The notes: generated by a model from the sequence alone, not told the origin. DNA of 64,000 nucleotides from Rhina ancylostomus (GCA_030265395.1 JARFYF010000051.1:12771711-12835710); one strand, 5' to 3'. Shown: positions 13,396 to 25,765, counted from the stretch's first letter. Translations and numbers: made by a program.

Positions 13396-14315
13396 AGAAT
13401 TGGAATTGGTTTATTATTGTCACATGTACCAAGGTACAGTAGAAAAACTTGTCTTGCATACCATTCATACAGATCAAATCAATACACAGTGCATTGAGGT
13501 AGTACAAGGTAAAACAATAACAGAATGCAGAATAAAGTATAACAGCTACAGAGAAAGTGNNNNNNNNNNNNNNNNNNNNNNNNNNNNNNNNNNNNNNNNN
13601 NNNNNNNNNNNNNNNNNNNNNNNNNNNNNNNNNNNNNNNNNNNNNNNNNNNNNNNNNNNTGCAGAATAAAGTATAACAGCTACAGAGAAAGTGCAGTGCA
13701 GGTAGACAATAAGGTGCAAGGTCATAACAAGGTAGACTGTGAGGTCAATAGTCTATCTTATCATACTGGAGAACCATTCAATAGTCTTATAACAGTGGGA
13801 CAGAAGCTGTCCTTGAGCCCGGTGGTACATGCTTTCAGGACTTTGTATCTTCTGCCCAATGGGAGAGGGGAGAAGAGAGAATGTCCAGAGTCCATGAAGG
13901 GGAGGCTCGTTTCCCTGATGTGCCGGGCTGTGTCCGCAGCTCTCCGCGGTTTTTTGTGGTCACGGGTAGAGCAGTTGCCATACAAGCTATGATGTATCTA
14001 GATAGGATGCTTTCCATGGTGCATTGATAAAAATGGGTGAAGGTCGATGGGGATATGCCAAATTTCTTTAGCTACCTGAGGAATTAAAGGCACTGGTGAG
14101 CTTTCTTGGCCATGGTATCTTCATGGTTGGACGAGGACAGCCTAGTGGTGATGTTCATTCCTAGGAACTTGAAGCTCTCAACCCTCTCTACCTCAGCACC
14201 ATTGATATCGACAGGAGCATGTGCACTGCCCCCTTTCCTGAAGTCAGTGACCAGTTCTTTTGTTTTTCTGACATTGAGGGAAAGGTTGTTGTTATGACAC
14301 CATGTTACTAAGCTC
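13396..14315 (-). mobile_element. Rex1/Babar-clade LINE, 5'-truncated 3' end (young)
   Basis: Minus-strand peptides MESILSRYIIA.YGNCSTRDHKK.RRAADTARHIRETSLPFMDSGHSLFSPLPLGRRYKVLKACTTGLKDSFCPTVIRLLNG match the Rex1 C-terminus. The 3' UTR ends in aataaaccaattccaattc. Contains a 100-N gap. Confidence 0.85.
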
Positions 14316-16299
14316 TTACTAAGCTGATTAAGGCGGTAAGGACATGCAAGACCATTAAGAATTTTGAAATTATGTTTCTATCTTCTTGGACAGTTTGGAT
14401 ATTAATTTCATTTATTGTTCTTTGTATTTTATTTCTTTTCTAAGCTCTGAGTACAGAGTTAAGTGTCCTTTGCATTTAATTTCTATTAAAGTTTATGGAA
14501 ATCAGTCAGAAGTCATTCCATTTGTGAAAAGCTAACTTTTATTTACTTGCTTTTATTACTGTTCCTGTTTTGTTGAAAGTGGCCTTTGTAAATTGTAATA
14601 TTTAGGACTCTTCAATGTTCAGATTGAAGAAAGGCAATGCTGCTGGCAGATTTGTAATTGAAGATTTTGGCTATATTCGCTGCTTTGTTAATATCAGTCA
14701 GAGTTCAATTTCTGCGCCTCTCTCTGGTTTCCACATCCCCTTCTATTTCCTATGTTTTGACCAGTTTCAGATGGCTTTCCAGAGACAGTCAATTCTGTGT
14801 GGGAAGCAGAATCGTGCTGTAATAAAATTACTGTGGGAAAACTGATTTTGTAAACATGCACTGCATTCTTTATTGAACTGATTGCACAAGAGATGTCACA
14901 TTCAAAACCAAAGATACAAAAAAAAAGTCAAACAGATACAGTATACTGAGGATATTTGCAATCTGTCAATATTAAGCTTTCATTCTTTTTCTGTTACTCG
15001 TTATTTTATCTGTTAATATGTAATGGCTTTCTCAGCTGTAAAGAGTATGTTCAATTATAAAATAGTGTGCTACAAAGATTCTGAAAAGTCAATTTGTTAA
15101 CAACATAAATCAGCGTATATAGATAAGGAAGGAGGCAATAGATAACTACACAGGATAATTCATACAGAAACAGCAAACATTGATCAGATATGTAAGATGT
15201 CTGTTTTAAAGAATGGAAGTTCAGAAGGATTCAGATGATTTCATCAATAGTAGTCTAAGATTCAGGTTGGCATAAATAAGGTATCAATTATGTTGTGTGT
15301 GCATGTGCAGAACATCAAGTGATAAATCAGGTAAGTTATAGATTTTGATGTGTTCACTTTGGAAAGTGGTAACAGCTTCAGTAGATTCAGATTCAGTAGG
15401 TTCAAAGTAAAGGAAGACAAGTTTTCTGAAAAAAAGATGATAATGGTTAACTTTTATATTTTTGTAGAAATTCAAACACTAGTTATAAGATTTGGTGATT
15501 TTTGAAGCTTGTGAATTCTTATTGTCACTGAGGTGTGATTGTGATCTGAAGATGAAGAGATGGAGCTAAGAAAGAATATATAGTTTCAGGGAGCGAAACT
15601 CTCAAAACTTCAAGTGTGGCAGTATTTTCTCAAGTGAAATGCTAAAGTGATCAAGGTGAGAAGCAGCTCAAATCAGTGATCAGGTAGGGTGCTGAGGTTG
15701 CACTTGCAAACTACCATCCATTGTGTTGATAAACAAAGATGAGTAAGTACATTGGGAGGAGACTAAGAAAACAGGAATTTGCTAATTGACCTGGCTCCTT
15801 GGAAGTTAAGTGCGAGCCAAAATAAATTTCAATTTGTGACAGCTTCTTAATACATAAGTGGAGCAGAGCTGCTGGAGAAGGTAGAATGCAAGTCCTCCCT
15901 CAGAATTGATTTTTATTTTAACCTGAATGCACAACACTGTATTCCAATGACTGTCATGTCATTAGATTTGCATAAAGCTAAAATTTAAACAAAAGTGACA
16001 TTGATAGCTTGCTTTTCAGGGCTGGTTGAAAGGAGAGATCAGTCAATTGAGAAACAGAGAAAATGAAGTGGAAGAAATATTACACTTTAATACTACTGGA
16101 AAAGGCTGTGTAAAGAAATTGTATGCATCAGAGAAAAACATAAATAAGATCAAATACATAAAGAAAAGAAACATGAAAACTGAAAAGACATAAAAATGAA
16201 CTAGCATCAGCTGAAAGGAAAGGTTCTCAAATATATATTGTCCTGGAAGTTAGAACTGAATTTGCACTGGATGAGTATTTTGAGGAGAGGAAAATGAGG

Positions 16300-16990
16300 A
16301 GAGGCAATTTAAAATAAAGGATATGGTACTACAAGGGATGGAAGAGAATAGGGACCTGGGCGTATGAGTGCACAAAACATTGAAATTGACAGGGCACATT
16401 TGGAAGGTGGTTGAGCAGGCAGTCACAACTTTGGGTTTATCAGTAGATGCATAGAGTTTAAAAGCAGGAAAACCTACTCACTAATGTTCGTCCGGCCTCG
16501 ACAGGAATAGAATGCTCAGTTCTTGTTGTCATATTGCCAGAAGGATGTAAAGTCGTTTGGGTCCAGAAAAGATTTATGAGAAAATGGGATGAGGGACAAT
16601 AGTTACAAGCACACATTAGGAAGACTGACACTGTTCTCTTTAGAGAAGAGAAGACTGATTTGTTGCAAGTATATAAGGTGGTGATGGATATGAACTGAGT
16701 GGATAGTGGGAAGCTGTTCCCTTTGGCAGAGGGGCTGAGGAGCAGAGGGCACCGCTATCAAGTCAAGGGCAAGGGAATTAAGAGCAACAGGAGGAAAAGC
16801 TTATTTTACGCAGCATATGTGGAATCTGCAATGCAGAGCCTGCAGATGTGGTGGAGGCAGGTTTCACTGTGGCCTTCAAGAGGGAATTTGATAGACACAT
16901 AGTGGGGGAAAAAAATCTTCACTATACAGAGAACAGGTCAATGAGTGAAACCAAAGTTCTCTAGTAGAAAGCTGCACTCTATCCATGCTA
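16300..16990 (+). mobile_element. CR1 LINE 3' fragment, old
   Basis: RDLGV..H, FISR.IEFKSR, and DSGKLFPLAEGLRSRGHRYQVKG motifs. Confidence 0.85.
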
Positions 16991-19900
16991 GAATTCTACG
17001 ATTTTTGAGTACAGCAAATGCCACAAATTAACAAATGATCTTTACTAATTCAAATCTCATAAATTAAGGTCTGGCTATTCAGATTGGGAGAGTACTTTGG
17101 TTAAAATGTTTGTTTTTTTAACATGGTTATGTATTTTATTCTTAATTGAATTTAACAAGTTAGCTTTGACAAACAATTGTTTGTGTTGTCTGGCAGAAAT
17201 AAATTCAGAATCCATAAACAATTACGTATTTGCTTATGAGTTCTGGAATAGATTGCAATAGTTACAATCATTTACATTCTTGAAGTGATAAACATGAGGG
17301 ATTACAAATTAAATAATATTTCCATGCTGATGTATGCACTTAAAATGCAAAATATTTCACTTTTTCTTGAAAGTAATTATTGATTTTAAACTGATCATCT
17401 TTACAAAATGCAGACAGTATTGTCCAAGGAAGTGTGAATGGTTCAAAATGTTTCCCATATCAATACAAAATATGCACCATGTGATACACTGTGTAAATAT
17501 TTCCCAGGTTACTTTTATACTTCAGCCACTTGCATTTGAAGCATTGTTTGCTTTCGAAGGATGAAATCTGTAGCTTAAAAGTTTGAGCATGCATGTGAAG
17601 ATTGGTAAGATATAAATCAAATTACAATAAGCTGACCTGATGGTTTTAAGAAAATATATTATTTGACTNNNNNNNNNNCTAAAACAGTTCATATTGTTCT
17701 TGATTGATTTTTGCATCCAAAATGTACAGTGAAACCTGGTTGCTCGGCGCATAATGCGCGATGTGTGCCGGCTAAGCATAGCTTGGTTAATTAAATGTCA
17801 AATGCAGATAATGGAAATTTAACTCGTACTTCCCTTGTGATTTGTTACATTTACCCACTGAGTTGGAATTTGCCATTTTGTATAAAAGTAGAGTGCAAAA
17901 ATGTGCAGATGTGTAACTCTGTGTGCCAAATAACAAGCTACATTTCTGCAAATTTGAGGATTGTGTCAAAAGGTGAGGTGGCAAAAGTTATTTCATCCTC
18001 CATGAAAATCATTTTCTTTAGAGGTTTTGTAATTTTCTTTCAGAAAACTTGAATTTATTTACACTCTGTAACTTCTGTATCACAAAATATCTGTCACCCC
18101 AATTTCTAGGCCCATTTCAACAAACGCTGAGACATCACTGCGTTTACAAAGGGAATATTCTTTAACAATGTCAAACCTTGAGATCTTTAAATTCTTTTTC
18201 ATTAGATTTTTCACCTTGTTTCATGCTGGGTCACAATTTTTCTCCCAGCTTTTCTTTAAGTTTCACTTGTAACTGAATCTAATTGCCATTGCATCATTAC
18301 AAGTTGCATTACAGGTTGCATCCTTAATGCTATAAAGTGACTGGAAATCTCAAGTAATGCCATTTTGCTTTATCAGCATAAAAATACTTTGTTTTGATTG
18401 GTCCATGGGTTATATCAAAGGTTACAAGCAAAAAGATGGTAAATGTATTCATCAGTGAGAATGTTAACAACTGTCGTCCAGTAGGAGAATACATTATAAA
18501 TAATGAAACATCTATTGCTTTGAGCTTTGTATTCCACACTTGAGGGCATTTATATTTACTGATTACTGAAAATTTCATTCTGAGTTCCTGAAGCATTCAC
18601 ACACATTAGTACAGTCAGTCATCTCATCCTGGTCTTGCTCAAATTTAGTAGCACTTATTTCACCAGGACAAATAAAAGCAGGCAAACATTACAACAAAAG
18701 GCCTCGTTCTTCATCTGCATTTATTGGATATGGAGACAAATTATATTTGATCACTGATTTATTGAGGATGTTGCGATATTCCTCCCCCAATCATGATCTG
18801 CTGATTTTTGCTTGCCCAATGCAACCTTATTCCATGGTGGAGTTTGAAATGAGATAACCAGTTCTCAGAAAATGCATGTGATTGTCATAAAAATCATTCG
18901 CCTCTTCCAAGAGTATGGGCCTGGAGATCAGGGCATCCTTGGAATGTTTCCAAAAAAAAATCTCCTTATTNNNNNNNNNNNNNNNNNNNNNNNNNNNNNN
19001 NNNNNNNNNNNNNNNNNNNNNNNNNNNNNNNNNNNNNNNNNNNNNNNNNNNNNNNNNNNNNNNNNNNNNNNNNNNNNNNNNNNNNNNNNNNNNNNNNNNN
19101 NNNNNNNNNNNNNNNNNNNNNNNNNNNNNNNNNNNNNNNNNNNNNNNNNNNNNNNNNNNNNNNNNNCAACGCCACCCTCATATTTCTCACATTGAAAATA
19201 TACATAGTATTGTACTGTGAAAATATATTTTTTAATAGAGGCCCAAATTTCTTGTCCTTTTAAGGCAAATAGTTTGAATAGCAAAAGGTAACAGCTTGAG
19301 AAGACTAGAAATATTCAAGCAAGTAGCAAAGCTGAGACTATTACTTCCAGGAGGCAAGTAAAGAAATAAACATTGGCCAATATGATGTTCAAAAGGAATG
19401 GGAGACTAACTGTAATTCCTCAACTTAATGTCTTTAGGGTTATATTTTCAAACTGACATTGGTGGCTGACCTAATAGTCCAGTTGGTTGCATCACTTTTC
19501 TTTGTACACATTTTAACATGAATGCCATTTTTGGCACCCTTTGAGTTCCTGAAGAAATGAGAAAAATTAACTGTGCTCATAAGGAAACTATTTGGCACTT
19601 CAACATTCTGGTTAGATTCTTGTTATTTAATTAGTTGCAACCACTGACCTACAAGGTGTAAAAACAAAATATTGAACATTCCAATAAAGAAATGACGATT
19701 TGGACTTGTGATACATCACTCGGGGACAGCTGCCAATGTGTGTCCATCAGTGTCCTACAACAGCGACATGTAGGAACCATATAATTTGTTTAGTAGTGCC
19801 AGCTGAGAGATGATCATTGTCTCGCACACCAGGGAGCATATCACCACCACACCATACAATCATTTACGTCCACTTGAATGGACAAATGAGATGGTCCAAC

Positions 19901-20874
19901 TAAATTAGGTGCAACCAAAATGGACCATACAGTACAGTGATCTGAATGGTAGTTGTTGATGGTGACTTTCTAGTTGACTACATGAAGCAACAACTCTTAA
20001 ACAAAGTCTGTTTCATCCTGAGTTTAATTCTTCTCCGATAGTTTGCCACAGTGTGTGGGATACTAAACCTTTCCAGAGAAGGGAAGAGCAGGAATAACAA
20101 CAGCACATTATGAAAAACAGAACAGACTAACTGTAAAAGGTATACAATTATACCTTTATAATTGTAATTAAGTTCATTGCTACAATTAAAAGGTATACTT
20201 TAAGCTAAGAGATTATTGAAGGCACATAATACTTAGTCTCAGTGGTAGAAAATTTAATAACTGTGCAACTATGATTAATTCCATAAGGAATTATTCACAT
20301 TTGATGGAAATGTATCACGGAGTATTGCCTTGATCAGTTCCTTGATTTATTGACTGAATCCCAAGAGAGTGGGTGGAAAATGGTTTCAAATTACCTACAT
20401 ATACATTTTTTTTGGAAAACAGATATTCTAAATATTTGAACGTAAGCACAGTGGTAATTTTAAGTTACTTCATAGAAATGGAAGCACAGCCTATCATTAT
20501 TTAGAAAACAAAAGAGTGTTGAAGTGGTACCATTAATAGTAACTATCTTCAATCTGTTGATTAATCTCTCACTTTTTTTCACTCTTTTCTCTCTATTCAA
20601 GCCTTTCTTAACCCATTCTCTGCTACACTGCCCCGCCACCACACCACCTACACTTTGAGCCAAGATATTCACTGCTTACCTGCTTGCTAGTGAAATATTT
20701 GTTAGTGCTAATAGTAAAGCTACAAGATACTGAACTGAGCAAAGTTTGGCTTGTTACCAAGATTGCCCAAGTCCCTTTATGATGCTGTACAGCTGCAGCT
20801 TTGTGTACATGTGCCTCCTTACATTCAGTGAAAATGATTGTCTATCTGTTACATCAGTTATCACTGAAAGAATG

Positions 20875-21045
20875 ATGGAAGGAGAAGCCGTTACCACATT
20901 TAAGCAGTACTCGAACAACCATTTTAAGAGGCATATCCAACAAGGCATGGGCCCTAAGCTGACAAGAAGGATTTATGTAGTATAATTTTATCGTTGGCAT
21001 GGATACAGTGACCCCTTCTGTGCTATTACTCAATTTGATCTTATG
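20875..21045 (+). mobile_element. CR1 3' terminus
   Basis: Ends gttggcatggatacagtg..cccttctgtgct.tt.ctc, homologous to the CR1 tails at 29495 and 31810. Confidence 0.6.
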
Positions 21046-22104
21046 ATGTCGATTCACTCAATAGAACTGGAGAGTTCAGGAATGTGGGCTGATTTCTTCT
21101 TTGACTTTATTGATATTTTATCTGATATTCTGATGGAAACATTGTTGTAAGGGATATCTCCTGAAGTGGATGAGGGACGGGCATAACTCCTGTATATTGA
21201 AGTTTTCTTTTCCTGAAGTATAATAATGGGGAAATAGTAACAGTTGTGGCATGTGAATGATAGTATTCCAACCTAGTTAATTTTTAAGCAGAACTGACAA
21301 TGTATTTATCACATGCAGAAAAAATAAATTAGGAGACATTTACAACAATCGCAAGATGCTTGAAATGTTAATGTACAGACCAAATAACCTTCAAAGACCA
21401 TGTTAAATTAGCTGTAGTAACACAGAAAATAAATATCAGAATCAGATGTTACTTTTTCTTGATTTAACTTAATTTTTATTTTTTTTTATTTTCTAATGTC
21501 CCCAGATCCATTTCACCCTCATTCTTCTTTCAATATCTGAATGAATTTTAATAAGCCACACTCTGCTTTGTCAGTCTTCATTAGTTGATCCTATCATTCT
21601 TAAAGTCTCAGATGCCATGTTGCCCAAGCTTTTTATTGGTTCCTATTTCCAGCAAGTTACTGTACAAACCACTTATAAGCCATTAAAAAAATGTAAACTA
21701 ATGCTGTAAAGTGTCCTGTTCAAGCAAGAATTCTTCCAGGTTCAGTTAGGATGAAGCAATTGACTCTATAATTTGAGGTTGGCCTGGACAGATCAGGAAA
21801 TTTCTGTTACCTTATTATTGCCATGCATGAAGGAAGCACATATGTGCAAGCACTCCCCTCCAGCAGTGCCAGTATCTAACTGTTGCTTGGTGGTGTTTGT
21901 GAATTTCATCCCTTCCTCTGTGGGGATACTTGACCTCAAATAGATGTTCTGCAGAACAACTTTCGAATCAGCTAAGTCACCAGTTAAAGAACTTTAAACA
22001 TGAATGTCTCACGTGCCAGTTCATAGGTGCAATACATTGCTGGAGTGCCTGTTCTAGATTTTAATAGAGAGTCACTACCGTACCTACAGGCTTTGCAAAT
22101 TAAA

Positions 22105-22520
22105 GAAAGAAAGAGACACATACATTTATGTATCACCATTAGCAACTTCACCAAAGCATATTGTAGCCAAAGAAGCACTCTGAGATGTAGTCATTGCTAC
22201 AATGCAGCACAAATTTGAACACAGCACAGTCTGTCAATAAGCAATGTGATAATGACCACATAGCTTGTTTCATTAATGTTGGTTGAGGAATAAATTTTGG
22301 CCAGGGTGCCAAGTCTCCATACCTTAATATAAAAAAAAGTGTGGCAGCACATTATTTTTCCTCCTGAGATCACAGACTGGACTTGATTTAGTCTCAAACA
22401 GTGCAGCACTTCTTTGGTTATCCACTGATGCATCAAGCTAAAATTTGTGCTCAAGCTTCTGGTATGATTCCTGAAGCTTATGACTCAATGGCCCCGAACT
22501 GCGTTACTGTTGACCCAATT
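22105..22520 (-). mobile_element. Deu-domain SINE
   Basis: gatgtagtcattgctacaatg, agcaatgtgataatgacca, gttggttgaggaataaattttggccaggg are the reverse complement of the 36428 copy. Confidence 0.72.
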
Positions 22521-24204
22521 AATGCTCATTCACACACATTGCATCAAATTATATCTATGCCAGAACAAAGAGTGGTTTCTGTGTGATAAAGCAATTTGAA
22601 GACAGGAAGACTTGGACTTGAGAGAGACACAATACTGAGGTATCTAATTACAACTTCAATATTCTTCCCACATCAAGTCACATAGAATAAGTTATCAGCT
22701 TCCATACACATATTCAGATATTGTTGAGATACATCCAAAGAAAACAGCTTGCTCCATGGAGCTGTCAACATATTTAGGATGATCACTATTAATAATAAAA
22801 TCAGATATTGCTGTTTGGTATCTAGCTGTTTGTTTCATTTTGTTCTAAAAGGTGACATATATAAATATTTTGAGAACAATAAGATAAAGAGCAGAGCCAC
22901 TGAATTGTGTTTTTCTTCGCATAGTACAATCCCATAAATTTTAATTGGAATCATAGATTTCCATTCAAGTAAACAATTAACTTGATTTAATAAGTCTTTA
23001 TAAACTAGTTGGTGTAACTATAAATCTAAGAATCTGAACTCCCAAAATACTGGTTACAAAGCCAAGTATAATGAATATGAATCATCTTAAAAATGGTGAC
23101 ATTCATTATATTCAATAGAACTTCATTTTGTTTTGAAGCTTTTCAGATTCTGATTAAATTTGTTCATAATACAAATAAAAGCTGAGGTACAAGAGGTGTA
23201 GTGGAAGACCATTTCTCATCACCTTGTCTGCCGCTTTGGAAAAGCAATCAAAACTGTGAGAAAATTGATTTAAGCCAAAGCCAAGCTGGAGCACCAGAAT
23301 TGGCCTAAGTGCTTCAGGATAGGAACAAATAGCATTAGTGCGTTTTCCTGGTCTTATAACTTTGTACTTGCCCCAGCTAGAGAGTATGGTCGTGTGAATG
23401 TTTGGAAAGTCCTTAGGTTTAATGATATTGTCCCCTCCAGTCTGATTGCCTCTCTGTGATTGATCGCTGGAATCTCATAAATCTGCTCATTTGGACAAGG
23501 TACCACAGGCTGGCCGACAGCTGTGGAGCAGCACTTCAACGTGATTATGTCTTCAGGGGAGAACCACAGAAAATTATTTGGGTGGAGGATAATCAACAGA
23601 TTAGGAACTTGTACATGTGATATTAATGTTGCAAGTAAAAAGAATCTTGGTTGTATACAAGTTTACAAGTTATCCTAAGTAGTCTCCCAAGGACCCCTCC
23701 AAAGTAACAATGAATTGTGGAAAATGTTAAACACCAGTGCAGATCAAAAGGCATTTTATAAAATACTGAAGCCTATTCTTCAGAAATAGCCATCCCTTTA
23801 GCCAAGATGTTACAGTACTGCTTGCAACAATGGCATTATATAGCTTTGTTATTCAACTTCTCTCTTTCGAAAAACCTCAGCAAACCTTTGGTTAAGATGC
23901 AGCTGCTTGTGTATGAAGGTAAATCACAAATAAAACAAGTCTTTTAAGCAAGAAGAAAATATACTTTTACAAAGGAACATAGAAAGAAGTTGATTCATTT
24001 TCAATTTTTCATGTGGCCCTGTATTGACATCCATAACTATCAATTTTCTGCTAAATTGACAGTAGCCTCAGAAAATTCTTTACCTATTACTATTGAACTA
24101 AATGTGAGCAAAAAAGTTACTTTTGAACATCTTCTGTCCTAACCATTAGGGTCAGGTTATTATTTTAGAGATTGCTCTTGGTTTTCTGTAGAGGCTGACC
24201 CTGG

Positions 24205-24615
24205 ATTATTGGTATTGGTTTATTATTGTCACTTGTACCAAGGTACAGTGGAAAACTTGTCTTACATGCCAATCATACAGGTCAATTCATTGCACAGTGC
24301 AGTTACATTGGGTTAGTACAGACTGCAGTGAGGTAGTACAGACTGCAGTGAGGTAGTACAGGTAAGAACAGTACTACATCAATGTACTTTACAGAGTAAA
24401 GTGTCACAGCTACAGAGAAAGTGCCGTGCAATAAGGTGCAAGGTCACAAGGTAGATCGTGATGTCTGTGTCCATCTCATCTTATAAGGGAATGGTTCAAT
24501 AATCTTATCACAGTGGGGTAGAAGCTGTCCTTAAGTCTGGTGGTATGTGCCCTCAGGATCCTGTATCTTTTACCCGATGGAAGAGGAGAGGAGAATGACC
24601 TGGGTGGGTGGGGTA
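24205..24615 (-). mobile_element. Rex1/Babar LINE 3' end
   Basis: attggtattggtttattattgtcacttgtaccaaggtacagtg... clearly homologous to the 13396 and 26546 copies. Confidence 0.85.
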
Positions 24616-24714
24616 TTTTCTTCTGCTGGATCGAGATAACAAAACACTCCTGTTTAACTTTTAATTTTTATTTTAGTTCCTGATCCAAGTTTCAAATAAC
24701 AGTTTTTGACTGCA

Positions 24715-24950
24715 ACCCCTGGCTAACTACCCTCATCATCTTTAGCAATTCTTCAGAAGTCTCTGACAAGGTTGACCACATCATCCTCTTCTAACATCAC
24801 TCCTCTATTGTCCAACAGGAGGAAATTATCCTTGCCTGGTTCCATTCACACCCATCAAAATGCTGCCAGATAATCTCCAACAGAATCCTGAAAATTCCTC
24901 CAAGCATTTGTCCTTCACCTTCAATTCTCATCTGTACGCTGTCATTTCAT
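24715..24950 (+). mobile_element. L2 LINE RT fragment
   Basis: Decayed coding for LL.LLDLSAAFDTVDH.ILL..LSS.VQL.G..LAWFHSYLS (tctgacaaggttgaccacatcatcctc...cttgcctggttccattcacacccatc). Confidence 0.65.
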
Positions 24951-24989
24951 GACCCAGGTCTATAACCAGAAAACCAACTGGCTGTTCTG

Positions 24990-25165
24990 AAGCAGCTGGA
25001 CCTCTGGCCAAGCCTCTCTAATGCAGTAACAACCCTTGTATCTAACCAACAATGTGGAAAATTGCTCAGGTATATCCTGCTTACAAATCCATCCAGCTAA
25101 TTACTGGCCAATCGGTCTACTCTAAGTGGTCAGCAAAGTAAGTGAATGTATCATCAACAGTTATG
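24990..25165 (+). mobile_element. LINE RT N-terminal fragment (same family as 28790)
   Basis: MWKIAQVYPAYK...ANYWPIGLL..VSKV, corresponding to the W K.A.V.P..K...NYRPISLL..SK motif of LINE RT. Confidence 0.7.
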
Positions 25166-25668
25166 TATTGCCAACCAGAAAACAAAACAAATATAGCTAC
25201 TCTCGATATCCTGTTAGCTAGACAATCTTCTATCTATGCCGGTACTTACATTCTACATCATGAACTTCTATGTTCCACAATAACCTTTGATGAAGCACCT
25301 CAAAGTTTGAATCAACCTTTGTGTCATTGAAGTAAGATGAATGCATCAAACCAAAAATGTGTTATTATGGCCATGCAGTATGTTCTCCATTATATTGCTA
25401 ATCCCTATGTTAATTGATTTTCTTGCATGAATGGTCCTTTACCCCAAAATTGCTCCATAACCTTTTTAAATGGCACTTTGTGAGCATTTGTGCTTGTTAC
25501 ATCGTTGTGCAGAATTTATGATGAACACTGAGACCTTTCAATGTCATATATCCACTTCAGTCCAAAATTTATTCAATTAAACTCAAAGTCGCTGGCTATA
25601 TAACAAATATGCACTGTATCCCTTTGAAGTCCTTTGGGAATCCAAATAATGGATCTGTTTCTTTTCAG

Positions 25669-25765
25669 GTGGAGCTGATGACAATTTAATCGAAGGAGGA
25701 GGCACAAAGTTTGTCTGTAAACCTGGTGCTCGGAACATCACAGTTATCTTTCATCCATTGTTAAG
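25669..25765 (+). CDS. EXOC4: Internal coding exon (97 bp) of exocyst complex component 4 (Sec8)
   Basis: Acceptor tctgtttcttttcAG at 25654-25668 and donor AG|GTATTG at 25766. The frame after 2 nt is open: [31 protein letters not shown]+AG, matching my recollection of vertebrate EXOC4 (..[39 protein letters not shown]..). Phase 1 start, phase 2 end. Missing from the ORF track because it is a short exon. Confidence 0.95.

Larger units (their letters stand above)
1..25668 (+). other. EXOC4: EXOC4 intron upstream of the exon (>25.6 kb; 5' end outside window)
   Basis: No preceding EXOC4 exon recognised. Ends in a polypyrimidine tract plus CAG. EXOC4 is known for very large introns in vertebrates. 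Confidence 0.8.

Noticed and set aside
18872-19284. Long ORFs of 100-190 aa here and at 26638-27210, 33615-33977, 41958-42431 and 51082-51424
   Set aside because: They are long only because they run through N-gaps (X residues).
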